A stretch of 64,000 nucleotides of DNA from the human T2T-CHM13v2.0 reference genome, Homo sapiens, in the NCBI RefSeq assembly GCF_009914755.1, contig NC_060944.1; one strand, 5' to 3'. Shown piece by piece: positions 14,710 to 27,420 of this stretch. The notes beneath the pieces were generated by a model. The model did not search any database. It saw only the letters and a list, made by a program, of their open reading frames with translations, and was not told the origin of the DNA. Both the position numbers and the translations under genes were made by a program. The stretch's first letter is position 1. Each line of letters starts with the position of its first letter.

Positions 14710-15629
14710 GAAAAGAAAAAGATGACAGAGAAACAGAGATTGAAGACACACATACATAAACACACACACAGACTGTTTTTTTCCCTATGTGATAAAAATA
14801 TAAAGTAAATATTTTTGAATGAAGAGTCAGTCACTGTATCTGTATATAACTTTTGAGGAGGCATTGACCTAAATCTAATAGGAGATGGCAACTTAAGTTA
14901 AACTATGAGTGGAAATTCTGATTATTTTATCTTTGTGATTGGAGCTTACCATACTGGATGCTGACAAACTTAGTGAAATTGTTTTGATTATCTGAAATGT
15001 TGCATTACTCAGGCTGATCATTCTGAGAGTCATATTTTCTATTCTTATATAATCTAGAGGTATGGAAGCAGTAAGAGAGATGATTTAAAATACATTGATT
15101 AAGAATGTAATTTAAAATAAAAGAAAGAAGAACCTCTAATAACTTATTGGTTATTAATATCACATACACTAAGCACAAAGCAAAGCAAAATTTATTTCAC
15201 TGACTTTTATTTACATAAAAGTATATTTTCTCCATGTGATATATCTGCTAAAAATAAAAAAAGACGTTAAATTAGGTGGATCATATAATTGTCTGACATT
15301 GTCTTCCCAGGTAGCAAGAGTGTATCTAAAAAGATTTTTTTTTCCCTTTTCTATACTTCCTTTTTTACCAACCCTCTCCCCTTCTCAGTCAGATGACTCC
15401 ACACCACCTCAAGGAAAATTAGGTTGTTAAAACAAAAGGATAAAGAGAAAGGAAGTTGTTTTGACCTCCAATATGTGCTCCTGAGCATCTAAAGAGCAGG
15501 CCCTGGTGGAACTGAGTATGGAGCAAATCGAGAAAAAAGGAGAGAGGTTGACAAACCTGCTCTAGCTCTCCCATAAAACTCAATGCATGAGGCTTACCCA
15601 GGCTGACAGAGCTCATGCACAACCTTAGG

Positions 15630-15812
15630 AAGGTGGTGTTCAAACACTAGCATGTGTTAAAATTGCCTGGAAGACTTAACAAGATGCAAAGTTTAGTCAG
15701 CCTCTGAGTTTCTGAAGTAGATCTGAGGTGTGGCTCAAAACTTTGCATTTCTAATTAGCTTCCAGCCAATGTTGATACTGTTAATCTACAGACGACACTT
15801 TGAGAACTAGTG
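15630..15812. mobile_element. MER5A-like hAT MITE
   Basis: tttgcatttctaa...acacactttgagaactagtg-type MER5 terminus. Confidence 0.7.
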
Positions 15813-17299
15813 ATTTAGGAGAAGGAGGAATGGCCTAAAGTCAAGAAAAGGATTTAAAAAATCAGCTTCCAGATGAAGACTTTATTATGGCTTGCTCTGG
15901 AAAGCCATGTAAAAATGCAGCCAATGCATACAGAATATATCACAGCTGATCAAATAAGAATTTATATTATCTGGCATAGAAGATATTCTCTAGGTCCCTG
16001 GGAATTAGGGCTCATCAAAGTTGCCAACTGCTAGCATTTGGTTATTTTAGTAAAAGTACTTGGCCATATTCTGAAATTTGGCTAAATCCCATGTAATCTC
16101 TTGGGAACCCACTGTTTTTAAGGATCTAAATTAGTTGAAAATACCTGAAAGCAAAAAATGGGGCCCTTGATAAACAGACATATCAATACTAAGGTGGAAA
16201 AGAAAGTCTCAGCACCATATTTGGATGCAACTAGATGTAGCAAATTACCTCCCATTACACTCCAAGACTCCATTCATGCCTTACATACTCTGATTCTGTA
16301 TCTTATTTATAAATGTCCCAGTCTTCTTCTTCTCCTTATTCATGATTTTCCTTAATCTTTTCTTATCTTTTTATAAAATCTACCCCTCTCTGGCATTAGC
16401 TAGAACCATCCAAATGTCCTGTTATAAGAGGGTATTTAGCAGTGATTAATTCCAATAAACATCATTATTGTTTCCCATGAATGTATTTTGAAGCTTTTCT
16501 GTATCCTACTGCATCATTTTCTTCAAAGTTCATATTAGCACAGAGAGGATGCTGTTAAATATTTTCAAGACTATGGTGTCCAACATAGTCTTTTGATTAT
16601 TATCCAAACATCCTCACCAGTCTTGATCTTCAAGAAGACACAATCAACTCACTGCTGCTCCACAGATGTAAAAGAACAAGTTATGCCAGGGAAATATCCA
16701 TGCTGGTCCATCTGGAACAAAATGTAAACACAAAATCTACATTTTATAACATCTCCTTCCAATCATATGACAACTTGGATCTGGATTTAACATGTGGACA
16801 TCAGGCAGTGAATAAACCCTGATGGCCTATCTGGCAGTCATCGTCCTGAATAAAGACTGGGAAGAAAAACAGGCCATGAGGGAGCTGTACTATGTCAGAG
16901 CTTAGCCCACCCACCTGGGATTATGCCATGCAACTTGCATCCAAAGGGAAAGCTTGGTCTTGCAAAGAACCTGGAATAAAGAGAATAAGCATATCTTGAT
17001 TTGTACACATATTCATGACTTCTGCATGGGGTAGGTTATTATCAGTCTGATTAAGGACTAAGCCATATTGGAGATGAGATACATTCTAAAATTTGTGGTA
17101 CTTATGTAGCTTTTTGGGACCACTGACATTGCATTTATAATATTATCTGATCAGGCCATACAATTAGCAATGGTCTGAAGTATGAGGCAATGTACAATCT
17201 TTGAAGTAGTTCTCTTTTCTGCAAATATAAAATGTTGTGAGAAGAAAAGAAACCTTCTAGATGACAAATGCCATCCATCTACTGGTAAACATAGTTTGT

Positions 17300-17825
17300 G
17301 CGTGTGTATACGTGTATTACTGCATAACTCATCACTCAATAAAACAATCAGTATATTATTATGTTCATGGATTCTGCAATTCAAAAATTTCAAAAGAGCA
17401 CAATGATGATTTTGTGTTTCTGCTTTGTGATATCTGAGGTCTCAACCGCAATCTTCAAATACTGCAGGTGACTTGACGACTGGGGGCTTGAATCATCTGA
17501 AGACATTTATTCATGTGTCTCGAGGCTAATACTGGTGGTTGGCTCTCTACTGGGGTTATTGCTTAAGCACCTACATAGGCAAGCTCATGGGTCTGCTTAG
17601 GCTTTCTCACATCATGGTGGTTGTGTTCCAAAAACAGGTGCTCAAAAAGAATCAGACAGAAGATGCATCACCTTTTAGGAATTAGCATTGGCTTCAGTTT
17701 GGTCAAAGTCATAAGCCACCCACATAGAATCCCCCCTCTCGATGAGAGGAGCGTCAAATCCACACTCTAGGAGTTCGTGAGATGGGATTATTTTGCAGTG
17801 ATCTTTGGAAAAAGATAACCTGTCA
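17300..17825 (-). mobile_element. MLT1 (G/H/I-type) MaLR LTR
   Basis: gactgggggcttgaatcatctgaag; ends gatctttggaaaaagataacctgtca. Confidence 0.7.
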
Positions 17826-18829
17826 AGGGACCATCTCACTTCTCTGAGTCACACTTGCTTTTCACTATTTGGATGATTTTCTTCTTGTATTACAAAATGT
17901 TGGGACTGCCTTACTGTAGCATGACATGTTTCACTGTGAAGACAGAAACCTTACTTCTCAAGTTAAATTTGCTTTGATGGACACAATTAAGATTCCATAA
18001 GGTACATGCTGGATGTTGGGAATGTATCTTAATGGGAGAAGACAAGAGGCTTTTTTTTTTAAGCAAAGGAGAAATGACTCACTTCTGTGGGTCAAACATG
18101 AAAAACCTTTATGATTTATCTGGACCTGTGACCCATCCACTTTACCTTGGACTAGGTGGAAAAACATACTTAAGATGTGGAAATTGGGTTAAAAATTGCT
18201 TTGACTGACTGCTGCTAACAGTTGAAGAAAAAATATTTAATGAGCAAAGCAGTTTCTAAAACTAGAATCCAGTTAATTTGTGCCCAAATCTGTACCATTA
18301 TTTGATAAGCCTGGTGTTTCATAGAAATTGAACAACTTGTCCATAAGAGGTGGCCTACTGCATTGGGTGATCCTGGTTCAATACAAGGCTATTTCCCGTA
18401 TGGAAAGTTATCTTGAAATCCCCAAAGGTCTCAAGATTCTGAACATGGGTGTCCTAGGTAAAGGCTTTGGGCTTATTTGCATCTTTCTGTCTCTTTCCAA
18501 ACTCTGCTAATGATTCTAAGGTTCCTCACCTTTCTGTGAACTTTATTAAAATGAATGTGCCTGAGTGAGTTGGGCCCCTTTCCTGAGTTTCCCTCTCCTC
18601 TTTCAGCAGCCTAGGAGATGAGACAATGAGTTAATTGAGGTAGCTACCTGCATGCAGCCCCTGGACGAACCTATCTCTCTGTTGTTTTTGGACTGTAGTC
18701 TATGTAAACTGCCTCAAAAATATTTTTTTCTGAAGCTTTTGCCAATATTGCAATTTTCCACTAAGGATTTTGAGGAAAATGAAACCATCAGTGAATTGTT
18801 CATGAAAAAGCAAAACTAATACACCAGCA

Positions 18830-18975
18830 CTTTATATATTGTATTTTATAATGTATTTATAAATGTTATATATATAAGTGCTATATATACACACACATAT
18901 ATAAGTGCTATATATATATACATTTATAAATATATAGTACTTATATATATAACATTTATAAATATATATTGTACA
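18830..18975. repeat. AT-rich low-complexity block with a 37-bp inverted repeat
   Basis: 18851-18887 is the reverse complement of 18931-18967 with 2 mismatches. Confidence 0.85.
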
Positions 18976-19404
18976 TTTGCCCTTCTTCCATTATGATACA
19001 CTCTCTAACATGTAGTGTGTACCTTGTAGAATCTTAATCATGTGCTCCAAAGCAATTCATCCTTTAAAATTAAGGGTCCTATCTTCACAGTGGGAAAGAT
19101 CATGTGAAAATAAGGGTCTCTCTCCCTGTCTCTCTTCCTCTCTCTCTACATATACATATCATAAGATAAGAATAGCACCCTCCTCTATGATGAGATGACA
19201 GTTACTTCAAGGAGAGTCTTATCAGTTAGGAAAATTAACTTCTCCCTTGTCTTGTAAAACAGCTATTTCAGGAAGATACATACATTAAACAACTGTTCAG
19301 GAGGATGTGGTCATTAGACCTCACGTCTTTGCCTTCTTTCACTTTTAATGAAGGGTGAACATTTGGTTTATGGTACCAAAGATATAAACATTTCTATGAT
19401 TTAG

Positions 19405-19678
19405 AATAGAGGTTCTCAAACTCAGGGTGCATCAGAATTATTTGAGAGTTCACTAGCAGATTGCTTCTGGGCACTCCACTTTCAGAACCACTGCTCTGCA
19501 GCCTTACTACCCTAAGTATGGTCTGTGGACCAGCAACACGGGCAGTCACCTAGGAGCTTGTGAGAAACAAAAGATCTCAGGCTCCAATCTAGACCTGGAA
19601 AATCAGGATCTGCATTTTAGCAAGATCATCAGGTGATTGGAATGCCCATTTAAGATTGAGAAGAAGAAGCACTGTTCT
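19405..19678. mobile_element. Two adjacent MER5-family MITEs
   Basis: ggttctcaaact...agaaccactg, and aagtatggtctgtggaccagca...tctgcattttagcaagatc...gaagcactg. Confidence 0.75.
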
Positions 19679-19877
19679 AGAATCATAGTTTGTAGCCATT
19701 TCCTGCTGCTCCTATTTACAATTGTATTATAATATGTGCCTCTGGTCATACCTAATGTTACAGACAATTTCCACTGTACCCCACTTAAAATAGCCAAAAA
19801 AGTGTATTCTGCATCCAAGGATTTAATAATACTATTAAAGTGATAATTATTACCTAAAATCATTTTAATATTAGTAA

Positions 19878-20198
<321 letters not shown>

Positions 20199-20771
20199 CC
20201 ACAATCATTATTAATACTATAGTTAAACCTACAAAAGGTCTGGGGCTTTCTTTTACTCCAGACAAGAGTTAAAAAATAGTGATGGACAGCACTGATTCAT
20301 AAGTGGAACTCAGAATGAGAACTTACAAAAGTAAAAAATAAAAAAGGAAATCACAGAAGTGTCTAGACAGAAAAGTATAAATTCCCACGTAGACTAGATT
20401 AACTAAATCATGACAAAAATGGGTATCATTATCTTCATTATCCTATTAGATGGAATGTCCAACAATATCTCATGGCTAACTTAGCTGGCTCTAGAAAAAA
20501 GAGAAATATTTAGTTTACTGAGATAATTTGGAAAATACAGTCAAAATGTAAAAGCCTTTTAATACAAAATTTTTCTTGCTAGCATATGTTTTTATTTTCA
20601 AAGGGGAGCTTCGGTATAAATTCAATACAGCAGATACTTTTACAAATTTATGTATGTATATATGAGTTAACAGAGTAAAATGTGTAATTCTAAACATTTT
20701 GCTTTAGGAACTGAAAGAAACACTATTCTATTGAATCAACATATTACTAGACTTTAAAATGTACATATTTA

Positions 20772-21053
20772 GGCCAGGGGTGGTGGCTTACACCTGTAAT
20801 CCCAGCACTTTGGGAGGCCAAGGCAAGCAGATCACTTGAGGTCAGGAGTTTGAGACCAGCTTGGCCAACATGGTGAAACCCTGTCTTTAATAAAAATACA
20901 AAAATTAGGCGAGCATAGTGGCACACACCTGTAATCCCAGCTACCTGGGAGGCTGATGCAAGAGAATCCCTTTAACCTGGGAGGTGGAGTTTGCAGTGAG
21001 CCGAGATCACGCCACTGCACTCCAACCTGGGCAACAGAGCAAGACTGTGTCTC

Positions 21054-21085
<32 letters not shown>

Positions 21086-21096
21086 TAAAAAAAAAA
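20772..21096 (+). mobile_element. AluS (Sx/Sz-like) element with long A tail
   Basis: Full Alu; flanks acatatttag / acatgtttag. Confidence 0.96.
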
Positions 21097-21467
21097 CCCC
21101 ACATGTTTAGAAGATGCCAGATAGCTGCTGAGCTCCCATTCATAATATTTCTTCTTTCCCCATGCCTTAATATTATAGAAAATAAAACCCCCTAAGTTAA
21201 AAAAAAACATGGGAAATAGAAACCCTGAAATATTTAAGAACTTAAGAACATTTTATAATCAGATTAAGAGCAAAATCTCATCAAGCTAACAAATCTGCAA
21301 CCCCATAGAGATTTAAAATCTGAGTTTCCCCAAAAACTCTTGTGGAAGGGGTGCAGGAATAGATCTGAAGGAGTAAGGGTTAGGAACAGAAGAGAAAGTA
21401 TTATGGGACAATTGGACCGCTGTCCCCATAGTGCAACTGAAAGTGTTTTTCTTCAAGAGAAAATTAA

Positions 21468-21670
21468 GACAATGGTTCTCTAAATCAAGTTTCTCTATAT
21501 TGATTTCTTTTACAATTTTTATGTCCATGTGAATCATATGAACATCTTACTGAAAGACATTCTGATTCACGAGGTCTGACGTGATGCCAGGCCAGAGATT
21601 GGACCTTTCTAACAATCTCCCAGGTGATACCAACGCTGCTGCAACATGGACTGCTCTTTGAATACCAGGG
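21468..21670. mobile_element. MER5A-like MITE
   Basis: caatggttctctaa...ttctaacaatctcccaggtgatacc...ctttgaatacca. Confidence 0.7.
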
Positions 21671-21679
21671 TCTACACCA

Positions 21680-22520
21680 TCAATAACCAACTAGAAAGTA
21701 TAATGAGAAAACATCATCCCATTCACAATAACAATATCCCAGACTATCTGGAATATATTGGAAAAAGAATTCATAAAATCCAAACAAAGAAATATTTTAA
21801 ACTTTTTTAAAAAATTAAAGGAGGTAAAGAAAATTATCCATGTCAATGCAGTAATAAGATGCAGGTGAAATGGACTGACTGAAGACTTCTGCCTCTACTT
21901 AGCTGTGTGATTCTGCAGACTTACTGTGAGTCTTTATTTCATCCTCTGAAAAATGGAAGGGACCAAATTCATAACTTAAAGTCTCCAATAGTCAAATAAC
22001 TGGGTTTTTAAAATTTTTAATTGAGAATCCATGGAAAGTGGTCTGAAGACATGAACAAAAAAACAAATATTTATTTTTTCTCAACTCTAATTGACATCTA
22101 ACATGTCCTTCAATTAAAAGTGATAGCCCATAGTAGTAAAGGCAGAAACTGTTTTGCAGTTACCAGTATAAATCACAGATATGTTCCTATTACATTATAC
22201 TTATTGCAAATGTCTTACCATCCTTTCTACTCATCACTGTTTTAAAATTATGGTAGTAGATTGCTAGTCAATAAATGCATTTCACCACATAAACAGAATT
22301 AAAAACAAAAATCATGTGATCATCTCAATAAGCACAGAGAAAGCTTTCAACAAATCCCAACATCCCTTTATGATAAAAATCCACAACAAACCAGCCATCA
22401 AAGGAACATACCACAAAATAATAAAAGCCATCTATGACAATTATAAACAGAAACTGGAATAAATGGAGAGCAAAATCATGCTCATGCATGGGATAAGAAA
22501 TCATGGTAATTTTGTTGATA
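21680..22520 (+). mobile_element. L1ME-type ORF2 fragment, interrupted by the duplicated block 21819-22440
   Basis: aataaccaactagaaa...cccattcacaataac...aaattaaag resumes after the insert as aataaatggagag...catgctcatg. Confidence 0.6.
21819..22440 (+). repeat. Dispersed direct duplicate of 31941-32560
   Basis: Colinear from aggaggtaaagaaaattatccatgtcaatgcagt to atctatgaca in both copies. Confidence 0.95.
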
Positions 22521-25251
22521 AGGTCTTTGGTATCACACACTCAACGATTTGAATTACTTATCTGAGTTGAGAAACATTCTAACTGGCTCTTCCTTTGGTG
22601 CTCATTATTGAAACAAAAAAAGAAATATAAAATCCTTAGGGGAAAGGGTCACCGGGGAAATTTTAAGTAATAATTTCCACTACAATTTTTAATTATAATG
22701 TAATTCTTCCCAGGCTATATGGATTATTTGACATGGTCATGTTCTGCAAGACTCAGCCATTTTTGGCCAAGAGGTAACTTTCTTCATGGTATTTTATATA
22801 ATATTATTCTTTAAAAACTAGTTTTAGTGGTGATTTTAAAAGTGATTATCAGCAATCAATTGATATCTCAGGAGCACAGACCTGGAGCTTGATAGTATGG
22901 AGAAATATGTCAATTGTAGTTCAAAGAATGAGTACTCGTGAAATTTTTCTAAGGACTCATTCCACTACTCAGGAACATGTGTAAATCTGGCTTCGAAGAC
23001 TAGAAAGTAGCAAAGTTTTCAAGTGCTCTTAATGAAAATATGGAAAGCCAAGGGGAAGAGAAAAATTTGAGAAGTATGACTAGGGCCTGAGAAGGACTTG
23101 TGCAGGGTCCAAAAAAGACACTGTAGTTGAGCTTGGAGGCAAAGCATTGCTTAGAATTTTGTTTTTGCTTCTTGTTAGCTGTGGAATATTGAGACATTTT
23201 TATTGTGCCTCCCTAAGACTACGAATTTTACAACTATAATATGGACTGATAACACCTCCTGGACAGGATTGTTGTAAATACTATATCAAGTAATATGAAA
23301 GAAAGCCCTTTAAAACTCTTTGGGAAACAGAAGGGGCTCCCAAAATACTGTTGTTCACACTGGTCCTCTTTCCTTTCCTTCCTCACTGAGGTGCCAATGA
23401 ATTGAACTGCACATCAAGTTTAAGAATGTGACACTGAGATAAAAAGTAACACGTATTTGCCTCAACATTTGTAACCCTCAAAACACATGTGGATCAGTGT
23501 GTGTGTGATTCACTTTTCTTCGCTCTTGATATAAATTTGGGTACTTCTCAGGTCATCAAAGACATTTGTCATGCTTCAGTATTCCAAAGTCTGGTTAAGT
23601 TAAAGATGTGTTTACTTACATTTTCAGCCCATAAAAATGCATGTTGATGGTCAGAAAAAAATGTTTACTAATGTGCCAACTTATGCCTCTACCTCAGATT
23701 CCTCAACTAGGGATGCAAACAATACTACTTACTTCATAAGGATGTTTTAGTATTTACTAGGCACTTACTAGAGTTCACAACTTGTAAAAGGTGCAAGTAA
23801 ACAATCTCAATTATTGTACAGCAGACAGACCAGACTCAGCAGAGTGTCACAGATGGAACAGATCAGCTGGAACTTTCAGACTCACAATGAGTGAACAAGA
23901 AAAAAGCATTGAATGTAACAAGACTTGCAAGCAAAAGTCACTCTGAATTCCAGAAAAAAACATGTCATGAGGAGAAATATTTAGAAATACAAATAATAGT
24001 GAGTTTATCGGCCACTTAATTTCCATGGGGACTTACATGTCCTTTAGCATACCTTTAACTATACAAATCTAGCCTTTCAAACACTGACCCAGAATCCGTG
24101 ACTTATTAAGCCCATTCATGCCTGAAGGCTTTCCATTCACAGTCTTGTTGTTTCCACAGAAATGTCAGGAATATATCCTTCAAAGCACATTTCCAGCTTC
24201 TGCTAATAATGTTATGGCATCTGGACTATATCCTCTGAAAGAATATAAAACACCTTTGGCTTAATATCAACCATCACGCAAATGTTCTCCTCATGTTCCA
24301 ATGACCCATTATTATACCTTTTCCCATCAGATAATAGACAGATATTGTGGTAATAAATGTGTGTGTTCCTAACAGGAAACTGAAAACAAGGACATGAGGT
24401 GTTGTGTAATAATAGTAGGTAGACAAGGCACCTTAAGGATGTATCATTGAAGCAAATTATTTTAAGAATATTTAAAATTAAGGTGTATTGCATCATGCCA
24501 TCTTTATGCATCTTGTTCCCATCACCAAACTTTACCATGGTGACGAAGCTAAGCGTGAAGATGTTGGAAGCACTCCCATCCAATATTTGCTTCATAATCC
24601 AAATAGTAGATCATTTATATGAAGAAGTAGCTGTAACAAGAAAATTATTTTCTCTTTGATTTGATGACCACTTATATCAAATTGTTAAAACAGCTTTTTC
24701 TACTTATGTATAATTAAGACAAAGTTTAAAATAAGACAGCTGGTCTAAGTTGAAAAGTTTTTAAACTTAATGAGTGTATTTGTAGAATATGCATATTGGA
24801 ACAATCTTTGGTGGGAAGGAGACCTGCTCAAAAAGTAAAGAACAGTGCAATTTTGGAATCTGTCTCCTCACTGCTCTGAACCAAGGATAGGAAACAGCAA
24901 AACCAAGGACACATAAAGCATAGGACACATAGAGCATTTTTCATAGTTCTGGGACTACACAAGTAGCCTTCCTTTATTGTTAGTGGGCAATCTGATTTGA
25001 GAACCAGCATATATTTGCTTTCTATTTGCTTTTTTAGCTTTTAAATGACTTGAATGTCAGCCTCCCACTGATTTTATCTTATTGTTATTAATCTGACTTG
25101 TAGAGGAAAATATCTTTTGGGAAAATCCATCTGATATAGACCCACTTTACCAATAACAAAAAAATGCTCTACTTAGGGTTACGCATTTTATAAAGTTGTC
25201 AATTCTTGTAAAAATAGCATTTTAGAATTAAGAGACAATATAAAGGGGACC

Positions 25252-25601
25252 TGTATTAGTCTGTTTTCACACTGCTGATAAAGACATACCTGAGACTGGG
25301 AAGAAAAAAAGGTTTTAATGGACTTACAGTTCCACTTGGCTGGGGAGACCTCACAGTCATGGCAGAAGGCACGTCTTATGTGGATGGCAGCAGGCAGAAA
25401 GAGAGAGAGCTTGTGCAGAGAAACTCTCATTTTTAAATCCATCAGATCTCATGTGACTTATTCACTATCATGAAAACAGCATGGGAAAGACTCACCCCCA
25501 TTATTCAATTACCTTTCACAGGGTTCTTCCTACAACACATGGGAATGTGGGAGTTACAATTCAAGATGAGATTTGAGTGGGGACACAGACAAACCATATC
25601 A
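25252..25601 (-). mobile_element. THE1 solo LTR
   Basis: tgtattagtctgttttcacactgctgataaagac...aaaccatatca; TSD ggacc. Confidence 0.96.
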
Positions 25602-26388
25602 GGACCAAATAAAAAATCTGAGCTGAATATTTGACAAAATGGCACACATGCCACATCTCCATAGATGAGTCTTTATCCATACATCAAAAAGGCTCACCAT
25701 AGGTGCTAGAAATTAGGCCAGAGAATGTGGCTACAAGAAAATACCAGTGGATTTGTGGCACTAAGCTCCTTATCTAAGGATAAAAGACGTTACAGTAAAA
25801 CCTGGAAAATGCATATGCTGCTGCTCTTAAGTCAGTGGTAATATTTATATATGACAAGCCACCGTAGTTAAGCTCAGCAGTAATCATGAAATCTAACAGG
25901 TCTCTAAAATTATAATATTAATTATCTTTTTGGACGTTTTAATGTGTACTAACATTTCTGATTTTAAGCTGAACATAAATGGATGTTTAGACTATTTATT
26001 AGAGTTTCACCAGTGAGACAGAGCCGGGACCCCCCTCTTAGAGTCAGGTGTACCTCCCCACCAAGTATGGAAATAAAGAGAAATCTTGAGTTCCTTCAAG
26101 GGAAATTTCAGGCACCTAGCTAGCCTTGAGAAGTAAATAAAAGACGTGATAAGCCAGAATGTAATAGTAGCTTAAAATAATAGCCAATGAAGTCGAACTC
26201 ACGAGACATTTTGTTCCCTGTAGAAACTAAAGATAACAATATAAGTGTCTAAGTTGCTTCTCCAAAGCCCAGATCCCTACCAAATGGATCCATTGGCATG
26301 TAGACCTCAAATAAGGGGAAACTAAGGTCTGAACTTTGACCATCATTCTTTGTTTTAAATTTCTTTCTGAGAGGCCTGGAGAAAGTCA

Positions 26389-27420
26389 TGAGACTACCTT
26401 TGCAAAATTACAATAGTGAGAGACATATAATATAGTTGACCCCATCTTGCTTCTAACCTCACAAGCTGTTCTTGCCCATTCCTGCACATAGGCCAAGCTA
26501 GCTATGGGAGGAGTTTAGTTTATACTTTCACTTTAAAACAAGGATGATCATAGTCCCTTCCCAAAACTAACCCCTCCTTGTTGCGACCCAAAACCAGCTT
26601 TATGAACCTAATGAAAGGCTACGACTTTAGAATTATGGGAGGGCCCTGAATTCTGCTAAGTCCTAGGCATAGTTAAATATAACTGGTTATTGATTTCTAG
26701 TTTACCTTTTGTAACTTTCCCATTTGCCCCTATAATTTAGACGTAGATTTCTAACTTTCCCATTTGCCCCTACAGATCACATTGTTATTGTAAAACCTAA
26801 GATGTGTTTGAGATATTTTTCAAACTTTGCATTCTTGTGGACCAACTGATGCCGCTTGGACTGGCGACAAATCCCTCCCCCTAGACCTGATAGCACACTA
26901 GGACAATTTTGGCACCCTTGTGATTTCACCCCGATCCAACCAATCAATAGTACCAATTCCCTACTCCGCTGCCCTCTAAGCAATCCTTAAAAACCCTAGT
27001 GTCTAAATTCTTGGGGAGGCAAATTTGAAAAATATTTCCTGTCCTCCTTGCTTAGTCATCCTGAGATTATTAGACTCTTTCTCTGCTATAACACCTGCTG
27101 TTTTCAGTGCATTGGCTGTTTTTAGTACTTGGAATCTAGAAGTGACCAAGAAGACTTAATTCCTCATAGATTTTAAAATGTATTCCAACTTTGATACTAT
27201 CTTCTACATAATTCTCATTTTGGAGAAGGAAAACAGGGTTTCAAAGAGCTTAATGACTATCTTTTTAAAAAATTATTTATTATTTATTATTAAGTGCTTT
27301 TATTTGGGTGCCACTAAAAAATAATTATCTCAATTAAGAAAGATAACAGAAATCACATTCAGCCAGAACCAATTACTTTTTTTCTGAGCAGCGAGCAAGA
27401 AGAACCCAGTGGTGACAACA
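26389..27420 (+). mobile_element. LTR8-like ERV1 solo LTR nested in the MER39-like LTR
   Basis: tgagactacctttgcaaaattac...ccatcttgcttctaacctc...gcaagaagaaccc..aca; 4-bp TSD gtca at 26385-26388 and 27421-27424. Confidence 0.85.
27125..27367 (+). repeat. Direct duplicate of 28658-28897 embedded in the LTR8-like LTR
   Basis: Colinear from aatctagaa.tgaccaaga.gacttaattcctcat to agaaatca.at.cagccaga. Confidence 0.95.

Noticed and set aside
24212-24595. 127-aa ORF on the minus strand in unique sequence
   Set aside because: No recognisable domain or exon context, and the length is compatible with chance among six frames of 64 kb.
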